From: an uncultured delta proteobacterium
GTDB lineage: Bacteria > Desulfobacterota > Desulfobacteria > Desulfobacterales > SG8-13
DNA length: 64,000 nt
Direction: 5' to 3'
Assembly: GCA_963779885.1 (NCBI GenBank)
Contig: CAWAAN010000017.1
Span: forward strand, 18,649-82,648
The notes beneath the pieces are model-generated. The model worked only from the letters and a program-made list of their open reading frames with translations. It was not told the DNA's origin and did not search any database. A program made the translations under genes and the position numbers. Every line of letters starts with the position of its first letter. The first letter of the stretch is position 1. Positions 9,447 through 19,261 of this stretch are shown here, piece after piece.

Positions 9447-10946
9447 TTATTTGCGAACGCTGTCGGAATTGTGTTTGGCGTGTTTTTCCGATACCTTTTC
9501 AGCCAGGCGGGTCGTGCTGTATCCGTCGACGACGGGCACCAGGTGCACCCTGCCGCCATGGGATTCCACGAACTCCTTTCCGACCACGCTCTCGGGCCGG
9601 TAATCCGCGCCCTTCACCAGGACATCCGGTTCCAGGGTTTCGATGAGCATTATCGGGGTATCCTCTTCGAAAATGATCACCAGATCGACACAGTCCAGCG
9701 CGCCTAAAATGGCGGCGCGGTCCGTTTCGCCCAAGATCGGCCGCCGGTCCCCCTTGAGCCGCCCGACCGACGCGTCGGAATTCAGCCCGACGATCAACTT
9801 GTCCCCGCAGCCTTTCGCCGCGTTTAACAAGTGGATGTGTCCCGGGTGAAGCAAGTCGAAGCAGCCGTTGGTGAACACGATCTTCAGGTCCAGCGCCTTC
9901 CAGGCCTGCACCTGAAGCGTGGCGGCCGCCAGCGAGCGGGCTTTCTGATTGATTCGTGCATTTTGCGGCTCACCGCCGGCCGCCATCGCCGCCTTCAGTT
10001 CGAGAGCGTGAATCGGCTGCGTTCCCAGCTTGGCGACGACAATGCCGGCGGCGACGTTGGCCAGGCGGGCGGCATCCAGGTAACTCTGTCCGGCGCCGAT
10101 GCCGACCGCCAGGGTCGCGATAACGGTGTCGCCGGCCCCCGACACGTCGTAGACTTCCCGCGCAATCGACGGAATATATCGCGGATTCCCGTCTTCGCCC
10201 ATGAGGCACATCCCCAGCGCACCGCGCGTGACCAGCAGGTTCGACAGTCCGAATCGGTCCCGCACGTCCCGCATGGCGCCGGCCAGGGCGGCATCGTCCG
10301 CCAGGGGCGCTCCGAAGACCTGCTCGAACTCGGCGGTGTTCGGCGTCAGGCAGGCGGCCCCCGCGTAGCGGTCCCAGTTTTTGCCCTTGGGATCGACGAT
10401 AACCGGAAGGTCATTGTCTCTGGCCGCCGCGATGATGGCCTCGGTCAGGCCCCGGGTATCGAAAACGCCTTTTCCATAATCCGACAGAATGACGGCCGCA
10501 GCATTTCGGATTTCGCGGGCCGCCAGTTCCATCATTTTCGCTTTCAGAGCCTCGTCGAGGACCATGGCGTCCTCGTCGTCAATCCTGAGCAATTGCTGCC
10601 CCCTGGACACGACGCGCGTTTTGGTGATGGTCGGCCGGCGGGCATCTTCGAGCAGGATCGCGCCGATTCTGCGGTCCGCGAGCAGCCGTTTGAGCGTGCG
10701 TCCGTTTTCGTCCCGACCGATCAGGCCCAGCAAGGTGACCGATGCGCCCAGACCGATCACGTTCAGCACCACGCTGCCGGCACCGCCCGGGACCTCCGAT
10801 CGCCGCTTGATGTGACATACCGGCACCGGCGCCTCGGGCGAAATCCGGTTCACGTCGCCCCAGAGATAGCGGTCGAGCATGACATCGCCGATAACGAGAA
10901 TATGGCCGCCGCTGAAGTCGAGCCCGCTATTGGAATTGGCCGTCAT
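9447..10946 (-). CDS. hldE: Bifunctional heptose 7-phosphate kinase / heptose 1-phosphate adenylyltransferase
   Basis: GDVMLDRY..RISPEAPVP, DVSGAGDTV, FTNGCFDLLHPGH, LVKGADY. Confidence 0.96.
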   Translation of the reverse strand: MTANSNSGLDFSGGHILVIGDVMLDRYLWGDVNRISPEAPVPVCHIKRRSEVPGGAGSVVLNVIGLGASVTLLGLIGRDENGRTLKRLLADRRIGAILLEDARRPTITKTRVVSRGQQLLRIDDEDAMVLDEALKAKMMELAAREIRNAAAVILSDYGKGVFDTRGLTEAIIAAARDNDLPVIVDPKGKNWDRYAGAACLTPNTAEFEQVFGAPLADDAALAGAMRDVRDRFGLSNLLVTRGALGMCLMGEDGNPRYIPSIAREVYDVSGAGDTVIATLAVGIGAGQSYLDAARLANVAAGIVVAKLGTQPIHALELKAAMAAGGEPQNARINQKARSLAAATLQVQAWKALDLKIVFTNGCFDLLHPGHIHLLNAAKGCGDKLIVGLNSDASVGRLKGDRRPILGETDRAAILGALDCVDLVIIFEEDTPIMLIETLEPDVLVKGADYRPESVVGKEFVESHGGRVHLVPVVDGYSTTRLAEKVSEKHAKHNSDSVRK

Positions 10947-11027
10947 GGATGATTTCCGTTGGGGACCTTTTAAGAAGAAAGGATGTCATGTTGCCGGAAG
11001 TCCGGCGCTTGCTGCCAACACTGTCCG

Positions 11028-11789
11028 CTAAAGATAGCGTCGCGCACCCACGAAACTGTCGCGGTAATAACTTTTCGTCAGGGATGAGAACCGGATGCGC
11101 TTGCCCCTGCCGGGGGCGTGGATGAACTGGTTGTCGCCGGCGTAAATTCCCACATGGGTGACCCGGCGGCCCCCCGCGGTGGCGAAGAAGACCAGGTCGC
11201 CCCGCAACAACTCATCGCGGTCGACGGCCGTGCCGGTGGCCCATTGTTGGCGGGAGGATCGCGGCAGATCCAGCCCGTTGAGCTGGTAGACGGTCATCGT
11301 CAATCCGCTGCAGTCAAACCCCTCATCCCTCGACTCTCCACCCCATTTATACGAAACACCGATGTACTCCATCGCCGTCCGGACGATCCGCTCCCGCGCG
11401 CCGGGATCATCATAGGCGGCCGGCGGGCTGACGATATAATACTCGGTGATCAAGCCGCGGGCCCGATAGCGTTCCGCTTCCCGCAGCGCCAGATCGCGGG
11501 TGGCATAATTGCCGAATCTGACCTTGTAGAAGCCGGAAGGGTCGCCGAAGTGATAGGCGTTCACCCCGGCCCGCTGCAGGGTCTCGCTCAGGCGCACGGC
11601 ATTGTCCATATCGGTGAAGGCCCCCAGTTGAATGGTGAAATGCACCGGCTCGATCCGCCCGGACCACGGCGGGGCGCCGTTGTCGGCCGGCGGTGACGGC
11701 TCGAGGCCGCCGCAGCCCGCCAGCAGCAGGAGGATGCCGAAAACAGACGGCAGGCGATGCCGGCCGCCATCTTTTCTCTTGAGGGACAT
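11028..11789 (-). CDS. SPOR-domain + NlpC/P60 cell-wall peptidase lipoprotein
   Basis: Lipobox LAGC; SPOR-like TIQLGAF...YKVRFG; NlpC/P60 YKWGG..GFDCSG, HVGIY, FIHA. Confidence 0.9.
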   Translation of the reverse strand: MSLKRKDGGRHRLPSVFGILLLLAGCGGLEPSPPADNGAPPWSGRIEPVHFTIQLGAFTDMDNAVRLSETLQRAGVNAYHFGDPSGFYKVRFGNYATRDLALREAERYRARGLITEYYIVSPPAAYDDPGARERIVRTAMEYIGVSYKWGGESRDEGFDCSGLTMTVYQLNGLDLPRSSRQQWATGTAVDRDELLRGDLVFFATAGGRRVTHVGIYAGDNQFIHAPGRGKRIRFSSLTKSYYRDSFVGARRYL

Positions 11790-11799
11790 GTCGGTCGTA

Positions 11800-12945
11800 T
11801 CAGAGCGCCTTTAGCATCAGCGGAATGGCAACGAAAGTGCCGATGGAACTGCCCAGGTTGGTAAACACCACGACCAGCAGAACACGGGTGACCTTGTTTT
11901 TCCAGAACCCCCGCAGCGAATGAATGTCTTCCTGAAGATTCTCGAAGTCGATGACCCGCGGCTTGCGGGAGAAGGCCTCGACCAGGCCCGATACCCAGCC
12001 GGCGGCAACCATCGGGTTGAGCGAGGTCAGCGGCGCGGCCAGAACCGAAGAAACGATCGTCAACGGATGCGCCAGGGCCGCCAGGGCTCCGAGGCCGGCC
12101 AGGATGCCGTTGGCCAGCAGCCACCAGATGACCATGTCTTTACCGGCGGTGGCGCCGCCGACGAAAAACCCGGTGACGATCAAGGCCACGATGCCGAGCG
12201 GCAGGCCCCATTTAAGGAGCGCGCAGAGCCGGCTTTTGGGCGGCAGATGTTCCAGGGGGGCGATGTCGATTTCGGTATCCCAGTTTTTAATGATGCCGGG
12301 TACGTGGCCGGCGCCCACGACCGCCACGATTTTTTGGCCGGGGGCCTGGCGTATCTTGTGGGCCAGGTAGCGGTCGCGTTCGTCGATCAAAATGGCCTTG
12401 ACGATGGGCAGGGACTTGCCCACATCGGCCAGGACGGTCTCGAGCACATCCTGCTCCTTCATCTTCTCCACATCCTCGGCGCTGATGTCGTCCACCTGCC
12501 CCAGTGAAAAAATCAGCTGAGCCAGCAATTTGACCTTGTCCCTGAATCGCATCAGGCGCCAGGTGCGGGAGAGAGTGATGCGGATGTCGCGGTCGGCCAG
12601 GCAGACGGCGGCCCCGAGCGTCTCGGCCGACTCGATGGCCTGAATCATTTCCTGGCCGGGGCGCACGTTGAGTTTCCGGGCAATTTTTTTCTGCAGCGAC
12701 GCCAGGAGCAGATTGGACAGCAGCAGGAAAGTCTTTTTTTCCCTGATGACCTTGACGATGTCCATATTCTGCCACTGGTCTTTTTGCCGGATCGACTGAT
12801 AGCGCGATGCGCACAGCTCGACGCAAACCGTGTCCGGCTTTTCATCGGCGATGACCTCGGCCACCAGCCGGGCGCTTTCTTCCGAAACATGGGCGGTGCC
12901 CACGAGCAAAACTTTCTTGCCGTCAAATTCAAGGAGTTGGGTCAT
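11800..12945 (-). CDS. TraB/PrgY/GumN family (pheromone-shutdown-like) membrane protein
   Basis: LVGTAHVS, VCVELC..R, PGQEM, LIDERD, VVGAGHVPGI, C-terminal TM helices. Confidence 0.9.
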   Translation of the reverse strand: MTQLLEFDGKKVLLVGTAHVSEESARLVAEVIADEKPDTVCVELCASRYQSIRQKDQWQNMDIVKVIREKKTFLLLSNLLLASLQKKIARKLNVRPGQEMIQAIESAETLGAAVCLADRDIRITLSRTWRLMRFRDKVKLLAQLIFSLGQVDDISAEDVEKMKEQDVLETVLADVGKSLPIVKAILIDERDRYLAHKIRQAPGQKIVAVVGAGHVPGIIKNWDTEIDIAPLEHLPPKSRLCALLKWGLPLGIVALIVTGFFVGGATAGKDMVIWWLLANGILAGLGALAALAHPLTIVSSVLAAPLTSLNPMVAAGWVSGLVEAFSRKPRVIDFENLQEDIHSLRGFWKNKVTRVLLVVVFTNLGSSIGTFVAIPLMLKAL

Positions 12946-13099
12946 GTGACTTGTGTCTAATCCTTTTCCATTATATATCAGTATCCATCCATAATCGGTT
13001 ATTATATTGGCCTCGGAAACGAAAAGTCAATTCATTGATGCCCAACCGGATCCCGCTGGCCGTTATTGATTTCGGTGGGCAAGTGGGCTGAAGCATGCT

Positions 13100-13969
13100 A
13101 TGGACCGACAAGAAAACGTGAAAAAGTCCCGGCCGCCGGAACCAGGCCGACCGCTGAACCCGCCACCCAACGCCCCCATGACGGACGAGTGCGTCGCGGA
13201 AGAACCGTATTATCTCCCGTCCGGCGGTGAGGTAGACCTGTTTGCGGCCGCACTCGATGCGCGGCTGCCGGTGATGTTGAAAGGCCCGACCGGATGCGGC
13301 AAAACCCGTTTCGTCGAATATGTGGCCTTTCGTTGCCGCCGCCCCCTGATCACGGTGGCCTGCCACGAGGACCTGTTCGCCTCGGATCTGATCGGGCGCT
13401 ACCTGCTCAAAAACGATGAGACCATCTGGATAGACGGCCCCTTGACCCAGGCGGTGCGCATCGGGGCGATCTGCTACCTCGATGAAATCGTCGAAGCCCG
13501 CAAGGACACCACGGTGGTCATCCATCCCTTGAGCGACGATCGTCGCCGGCTGACCATCGATAAAAAAGGCGAGACCCTCGCGGCCCATCCGGATTTCTTA
13601 CTGGTGATCTCGTATAATCCCGGCTATCAGTCCGTATTGAAAGATCTGAAACAAAGCACCCGCCAGCGATTCGTCACGATCGATATCGACTATCCGAACG
13701 CGCAGAAGGAAACCGAAATCGTCAGCCACGAGGGCCGGATCGTACCGGAAACCGCCCGCCGGCTGGTGAGCCTGGCGCATAAAATCCGACGGATCAGGGA
13801 GCAGGGTTTGACCGAAGGCGCCAGCACCCGGCTCCTGATTTACGCCGCCCAGCTGATCGGACGCGGCGTCCCCGCGCGCAACGCCTGTCGGGCGGCCATC
13901 TGCGGAGCCTTGACCGACGACAAGCACCTCCAGGAAACCATGAACGATCTCATCGACGATCTGTTTTAG
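13100..13969 (+). CDS. CbbQ/NirQ/NorQ family MoxR AAA+ ATPase
   Basis: Walker [15 protein letters not shown], Walker [30 protein letters not shown]. Confidence 0.93.
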   Translation: MDRQENVKKSRPPEPGRPLNPPPNAPMTDECVAEEPYYLPSGGEVDLFAAALDARLPVMLKGPTGCGKTRFVEYVAFRCRRPLITVACHEDLFASDLIGRYLLKNDETIWIDGPLTQAVRIGAICYLDEIVEARKDTTVVIHPLSDDRRRLTIDKKGETLAAHPDFLLVISYNPGYQSVLKDLKQSTRQRFVTIDIDYPNAQKETEIVSHEGRIVPETARRLVSLAHKIRRIREQGLTEGASTRLLIYAAQLIGRGVPARNACRAAICGALTDDKHLQETMNDLIDDLF

Positions 13970-13977
13970 CGGCGCCG

Positions 13978-16779
13978 ATGGTCTCAGACATGTCACCTGA
14001 CCAGGACCATAGGGAACCGATCGAGGCGCTGCGCCTCCTGGACCCGGAGCTTGCCGCGGCCGTGCAACGGCAGCTGCAGCGGTTCGATCCGGCGTCCTCA
14101 GCGACCGTGACCGAGCTGCTGGTCGAAGATACCCTGTGGGGTCTGGGCCGGGAAATATCGTTCGGAGAGGCGATTGCGGCCGGATACCTGCGGCTGATGT
14201 CCCGGGGCGCGGCCGCGGTGCTGGCGACCTACCACCGCCGGGTGCGGGCGGCCGGCGGCCGGGGAGCGACCATCGGTCGGCTGACGGCCATTCATCTGGT
14301 GCCGGTTTTACTTGACGGGGATCGCGACCTGCTGCGGCTTTTCAGTGACGCCGTCAGGGTCATGGAGGCCAAGGGCACCTACAGCCTGCCGGCGCCGCTC
14401 GCCGCCCTCTCGAAACTGCTCGATGACAACGACCGCTCTGCCGCCACCGTTTATCTCGAGCTGCTGATAGCGGCCTTCGGTCCGGATCTGACCTACAATC
14501 AGGGCCTGCACCTGTCCAGTGACCTGCCGCGCGCCGCGCTGGCATTTGAAGCTGCCAAACGCGTCCGGCAGCTGGAGCAGCTCTTGCGGGTGGTGCGGGC
14601 CGACGTGCGCCTCGTTGACGCTTTCCTGGAAGGGATGCAAAAAGGCTTGCAGCGATTGACGCCGGCGGCCATGTATCGCTTTGTCACCATGGCTCTTGAC
14701 CGGACCGGCCGGGAACCGGAATGGTCCGACAGGTTCCTGACACTGGCCTCGCGGCAGGGCCGCGACGCCTTCGACGAACTGGAGGTGGCCGTTTGCCTGC
14801 GTGAGATGGAAGCGGGGCTCAATCGCTATCTTGGCGCCCGGACCGGTCTCAAAATCGCCGTCCGCCCCCTGTCGGCCATGGACGGCCGCTTGCCGCCGCT
14901 GTCATCGGCAGCCGTGACCGCCTGCACGGATGGCCGGTTTATCTACCTGCCGGAAGAGATCGTCTTGTTCGACTGTAAAAAGGCCAACGCCGACCTCTAC
15001 CGGTGTTTGGCAAGATTCGAATCCGGCCATCTCGAGTTCGGCACTTTCGATTTCGATTTGGAACGCTGGCGCGACCGCTGCCGGGCCGCGCCCGAGGCTC
15101 ACGCGGCGTGCGAGAGCCTCGGGCTGCCGCCAACCGTGGATCAGCCGAGCGGGGCCGCAGCGGACCTCGAGCGGCTCTTCGCTCTGTTTCCAATGCCGTC
15201 ACTGGCCGCCGATCTTTTCACGGTGTTCGAGCACGGCCGGATCCGGCGAATGCTCGCTCAGGCATACCCGGGCCTGGTCCGGGCTTTTCTGCCGTTTCTG
15301 CAAAATGCGGCCGGCCCTCGAATCGGTTTGATGGCAAACCTCTATGCCGTCATTGCCCTGGGGCTGCCCGCCGGCACAAAAAGCGGAGACAACGACCGCC
15401 GCGGGCGGCTCATCCGTGACCTCCGGGACCGGTTTGTCGAGCGCACCGAACCCCCGAACGGCAGCGTCGAGGCCAGCGCCGAGCTGGTCATTCTGTCCTA
15501 TCGGACAGTCGCCGACGCCCTCGATTGGCTGCCGGACGGGATGTATCGTCCGCTGCCCACTCCTTTCGGCCGGCATCTGCGGCCGGACCTGGCCTGTGCG
15601 GCCGGTCAGGCCCTGGACCAAAAGGCCCTGGTGCTCAAAAAGAGGTTGGCCGATAAAGGGATTCACATCTACCGCGCCGATCTGCGCAAGCACCTCGAAA
15701 TCCATCAGGCCACGCCGTGTCCCGCCGCACTCGCGGCCATGCTGGAAAGCGCCTGTCAGGCCGGCGTTACCGGAAATTGCGGGCCGCCCCTGCCGGCCGA
15801 AGAACTCTGCACGCTGCTGACCCAAGCGCTGCCGGAGCTGCGCGGTCCGTTGCCGGCCGACGACCAGACCGCGGCCGGGGCGGTGACATGGCATCGTGAA
15901 TGGGATTGCCGCCTGAGCGATTACCTGAACGAGCATACGCGCGTGCGGGATTGCGCTCTCGCAGAGAAGCAAAGCCGGTTTTACCGCCGGGTCATGGAAC
16001 AACACACCGGCCTCGTCAAACGGATCCGCGCGGCTTTCGAGCTGCTCAAACCGCAAGGTCTCAAGCTCTACCGGCAGTGGATCGACGGCGATGAGTTCGA
16101 CTACCGGGCCCTGATCGATTACATCCTGGACAAAAAAGCCGGCCTGGCGCCTTCGGAGCGGCTGTACATCAAACGCCTCAAGGTCGTCAGGGATGTGGCG
16201 GTGCTGCTTCTGGTGGACGTGTCGCGCTCCACCGCCACGCCGGTCACCGGGTCGAGTGCCCGCGTGCTGGATGTGGCCAAGGAAGCGATCGTTCTTTTCA
16301 GCGAGGCCCTGGAAGTCGTCGGAGACGCCTATGCCATCGCCGGCTTTTCCGGCAGCGGCCGCCTGGGGGTGGAGTATTTTCACGTCAAGGATTTCACCGA
16401 ACCGATGACCGATGTGATCCGCAACCGCATCGACGGCCTGCACCCCCGGCAAAACACCCGCATGGGGGCGGCCGTCCGGCATGCGGCCGGTCAGTTCGCC
16501 GCCGTATCCTCACGGGTGCGGCTGCTGATCCTTTTGGGAGACGGCTTTCCAAATGACCTGGATTACAAGCGGCGCTACGCCATCGAGGACACGCGCCGGG
16601 CCATCTCCGAGTTGCGGGCGCAGCACATCCACGTGCATGCCATTACGATCGACATCGCCGCGGCCGACGGCGGCCGGCTGGATGATCTATATGGAGAAAT
16701 TCACCACAACCTGATCGCCGATGTCGCCGACCTGCCGGAAAAGCTCTGGCGGATCTACGGCACCCTGACGCGCCGATGA
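13978..16779 (+). CDS. NorD/CbbO-like VWA-domain activation protein with long N-terminal extension
   Basis: TDGRFIYLP, EWD..DY, MIDAS motif LVDVSRST, NTRMGAAVRHA, LGDGFPND; directly follows the AAA+ gene. Confidence 0.88.
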   Translation: MVSDMSPDQDHREPIEALRLLDPELAAAVQRQLQRFDPASSATVTELLVEDTLWGLGREISFGEAIAAGYLRLMSRGAAAVLATYHRRVRAAGGRGATIGRLTAIHLVPVLLDGDRDLLRLFSDAVRVMEAKGTYSLPAPLAALSKLLDDNDRSAATVYLELLIAAFGPDLTYNQGLHLSSDLPRAALAFEAAKRVRQLEQLLRVVRADVRLVDAFLEGMQKGLQRLTPAAMYRFVTMALDRTGREPEWSDRFLTLASRQGRDAFDELEVAVCLREMEAGLNRYLGARTGLKIAVRPLSAMDGRLPPLSSAAVTACTDGRFIYLPEEIVLFDCKKANADLYRCLARFESGHLEFGTFDFDLERWRDRCRAAPEAHAACESLGLPPTVDQPSGAAADLERLFALFPMPSLAADLFTVFEHGRIRRMLAQAYPGLVRAFLPFLQNAAGPRIGLMANLYAVIALGLPAGTKSGDNDRRGRLIRDLRDRFVERTEPPNGSVEASAELVILSYRTVADALDWLPDGMYRPLPTPFGRHLRPDLACAAGQALDQKALVLKKRLADKGIHIYRADLRKHLEIHQATPCPAALAAMLESACQAGVTGNCGPPLPAEELCTLLTQALPELRGPLPADDQTAAGAVTWHREWDCRLSDYLNEHTRVRDCALAEKQSRFYRRVMEQHTGLVKRIRAAFELLKPQGLKLYRQWIDGDEFDYRALIDYILDKKAGLAPSERLYIKRLKVVRDVAVLLLVDVSRSTATPVTGSSARVLDVAKEAIVLFSEALEVVGDAYAIAGFSGSGRLGVEYFHVKDFTEPMTDVIRNRIDGLHPRQNTRMGAAVRHAAGQFAAVSSRVRLLILLGDGFPNDLDYKRRYAIEDTRRAISELRAQHIHVHAITIDIAAADGGRLDDLYGEIHHNLIADVADLPEKLWRIYGTLTRR

Positions 16780-16800
16780 CCGCTCCGGAGGACAATCACC

Positions 16801-17214
16801 ATGCTCATCCATGACGACATCTTCGCCTGGGAAGGCTTTGGCGGGTTGCTGCGCCTGGGCAGCGGCAAGTGCCGGTTGAGGATTTTAGACCTCCAGCAGG
16901 CGGGCCACAAGGGCCTGGCGCACCTGCGGCCGTATATCGTGGTGGCCTCCGATATTCCCGAAAGCCGCATGTCGGTTCGCAGCTGTGTCGGCCACATCGC
17001 CAGCAGCGTGGCCAAAGCCTTTGCCATCAGCCCGAACCGCATGGTGTTTGTAGAGTATTATCCGCAATCCACCTACGGGGTAAGCGGTGAAAACCTGATC
17101 CCGGAACACTACGATGCGGTTGAATTCAGCTGGCACGGCGAGAAGGCCCTGCACCCTAAATGGCGGGAGCTACCGCAGCCCCTGCTGGATATCGTCCGTC
17201 AGGCGTTAAGATAA
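16801..17214 (+). CDS. Hypothetical protein, third gene of the norQ/norD-like operon
   Basis: GGAGG RBS, 137-aa ORF 21 bp after the VWA gene, plausible codon usage. Confidence 0.75.
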   Translation: MLIHDDIFAWEGFGGLLRLGSGKCRLRILDLQQAGHKGLAHLRPYIVVASDIPESRMSVRSCVGHIASSVAKAFAISPNRMVFVEYYPQSTYGVSGENLIPEHYDAVEFSWHGEKALHPKWRELPQPLLDIVRQALR

Positions 17215-17227
17215 GGGTTTTGGACGG

Positions 17228-17408
17228 CGTTATCGGGCGGCGGCGTCATGAACCCTATACAGCCGCCTCTCCCGACAACTCCGCCGAAGCGGCGCCCGAA
17301 TGTCAGCGTTCACAGGGTGCCGCAGCTGCAAGGCGTCGGGCGCGCCGGCGTACTGGTGTACGTCAAGTGCCCGACAACGCAGCCGATGCGGGCCCTGTGA
17401 ATGCTGAC
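17228..17408. repeat. Degenerate copy of the core of the 5255 repeat, followed by a 107-bp palindromic MITE/REP-like element (17302-17408)
   Basis: CGTTATCGGGCGGCGGCGT..TATACAGCCGCCTC resembles the 5255 unit; imperfect terminal inverted repeats GTCAGCGTTCACAGGG / CCCTGTGAATGCTGAC; lies between convergent genes. Confidence 0.65.
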
Positions 17409-17412
17409 GCGC

Positions 17413-18561
17413 TCAGCGCGGCGGTTGGGCGCTGGCGGCGCACTCGTTTTTCCCCAGATCGAGCGTATCCTGCTCTTCCGCATCCGCTTCCCGCAGGCCG
17501 GCATTTATTTCGCGGATTTTGGCGTATTCCTCCGGCTGGGTGCGCATGTTTACCTTGATGAACTCGAAAAAATCCTTTTCGTTGTCGATACCGTAAATAT
17601 TGGCATTGTCGGTTTTAATCTTTCCCATGGACGCCGCAAAGACCAGCCTCTTATCGGCCTCTTTCCACTCCATGTAATGGCCGGGCAGAGCGATGATCCC
17701 ATCATCGAGCGTGCGGATCTTTTCGGTCATGGTGTGAAACAGCATCTTGGACCACTCCTCGGCCATGCCGCCCAAATCCGGCCGGCCGATGGAAAGGATG
17801 AAGACGGTGTCGCCGGAGATGAGAAATTTTTCGTCGACAAGGTAGGAGGTGCTGCCCGGCGTGTGGCCGGGCGTGTGCAACACCTTTACTTCCGGACCGC
17901 CGTCGGTGAACGTGTAGACCTCACCGTCGACCGCCGGCGTGAAATGAAACCGCGCTTCCTTGAAATCCGGTTCGGGAGCCGTCAGTTGCGCACCGGTGGC
18001 TTTGACCAGCATCGGGCTGCCCGAAATATAGTCCGCCTGGCGATGGGTTTCAAACGTCCGGACGATGGCACACCCGCGCTCATCGGCAAACTCCTGATAG
18101 GCACTAACGCTTTTGGCCGGGTCGAACAACATCATCTCCTTGCCGAAAACCAGGCCGTAGCTGCAGGAGGCTTTGCCCGGCCGCCGGAACTGGTAGAGGT
18201 CGTAACCGTTGCCGTCGTTCACCCGGATCGGCGCCAGCAGGTTTCCCCAGGCCTTGATGCCCAACTCCAGCGCGGCGACGTCCTTGAATCCATGATTCAG
18301 CAGTATGTCACCGACATATTTCGCCGAGCCTTCCTTGGCGCAAACGATGCGGATCCTGCGCCCCCGCGGCACACGGTCCACGCTTTGCTGCTCGTGTTCG
18401 ACAAATTCCATGTACGGCACATTCATCATATCGATCGGATAGGGCCCCTCGACCTTGAACCGTCCGAATTCGACGTCGTTGCGCACATCCAGTAAAAGAA
18501 AATCTTCTTTCGCCGTCAACCAGTCAAACAGTTCAGCTGCCGTAAAGGTCTTAACTTCCAT
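17413..18561 (-). CDS. Rhodanese + metallo-beta-lactamase fusion (YrkH / persulfide dioxygenase-like)
   Basis: LLDVRN...VCAKEGSA rhodanese loop; MBL motifs ETHRQADY, TPGHTPGS, SGDT, GRPDL, PGH; C-terminal GKNECAA. Confidence 0.88.
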   Translation of the reverse strand: MEVKTFTAAELFDWLTAKEDFLLLDVRNDVEFGRFKVEGPYPIDMMNVPYMEFVEHEQQSVDRVPRGRRIRIVCAKEGSAKYVGDILLNHGFKDVAALELGIKAWGNLLAPIRVNDGNGYDLYQFRRPGKASCSYGLVFGKEMMLFDPAKSVSAYQEFADERGCAIVRTFETHRQADYISGSPMLVKATGAQLTAPEPDFKEARFHFTPAVDGEVYTFTDGGPEVKVLHTPGHTPGSTSYLVDEKFLISGDTVFILSIGRPDLGGMAEEWSKMLFHTMTEKIRTLDDGIIALPGHYMEWKEADKRLVFAASMGKIKTDNANIYGIDNEKDFFEFIKVNMRTQPEEYAKIREINAGLREADAEEQDTLDLGKNECAASAQPPR

Positions 18562-18867
18562 CGTATATCTCCTTGCATCGTAAAGTGGGGCCGCTTCGCG
18601 TCGAAGAAGGCCGTTCTCATCGCGTCAAGTGTCGCCCGAGATTAGGAAAAAGGCCCGGCCGCGTCAAGGATGTTTTTCCCTTGTCTAATTCGCCGACACG
18701 GTATAAGGCTCTCGGCAGTGCGCCTTCCGAGGCCGGCACCAAAGCCCATGACATCATGGCCGCGCATCGTCGCCGCGGGCAAACCCTTTCCACTTCCGTC
18801 GTCAAAGGCCCGGTGATGCCGGCCTTCAGGCCGCAGGCGTGCCGACGGTAAAATAAAGGAGAACCTC

Positions 18868-19254
18868 ATGCCACTCAAACCCATCCAGACCGATCAGGCG
18901 CCGGCCGCCATCGGTCCCTATGTTCAGGCCATTGCCGCCGGTCCGCTGCGGTTTGTCAGCGGACAACTCGGCCTGAATCCGAAAACCGGTGAAATGGCCG
19001 GTCCCGATCTGGCCTCCCAGGCCCGACAGGCACTGCAAAACCTCAAAGAAATCGTGGCCGCCGCCGGCTGCGGGCTCGACCAGGTGACGGCCGTGGATGT
19101 CTTTTTGACCGACATGGGCGGCTTTGCCGAATTCAACCGGGTATACGAAGAATTCTTCACCCGTCACCGTCCGGCCCGGGCCGTTGTCGAGGTCGGCGCA
19201 CTGCCCAAGGGGGGGCTGGTGGAGGTGAAGTGCGTGGCCTATGCCGACGCCTGA
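18868..19254 (+). CDS. ridA: RidA/YjgF family reactive intermediate (imine) deaminase
   Basis: APAAIGPYVQA, SGQLG, FAEFNRVY, PARAVVEV..LPKGGLVEV. Confidence 0.92.
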   Translation: MPLKPIQTDQAPAAIGPYVQAIAAGPLRFVSGQLGLNPKTGEMAGPDLASQARQALQNLKEIVAAAGCGLDQVTAVDVFLTDMGGFAEFNRVYEEFFTRHRPARAVVEVGALPKGGLVEVKCVAYADA

Positions 19255-19261
19255 ACGAACG

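Noticed and set aside
11800..12945. Conjugation gene implied by the TraB name
   Set aside because: It belongs to the PrgY/GumN-type chromosomal family; no T4SS or relaxase genes are nearby.
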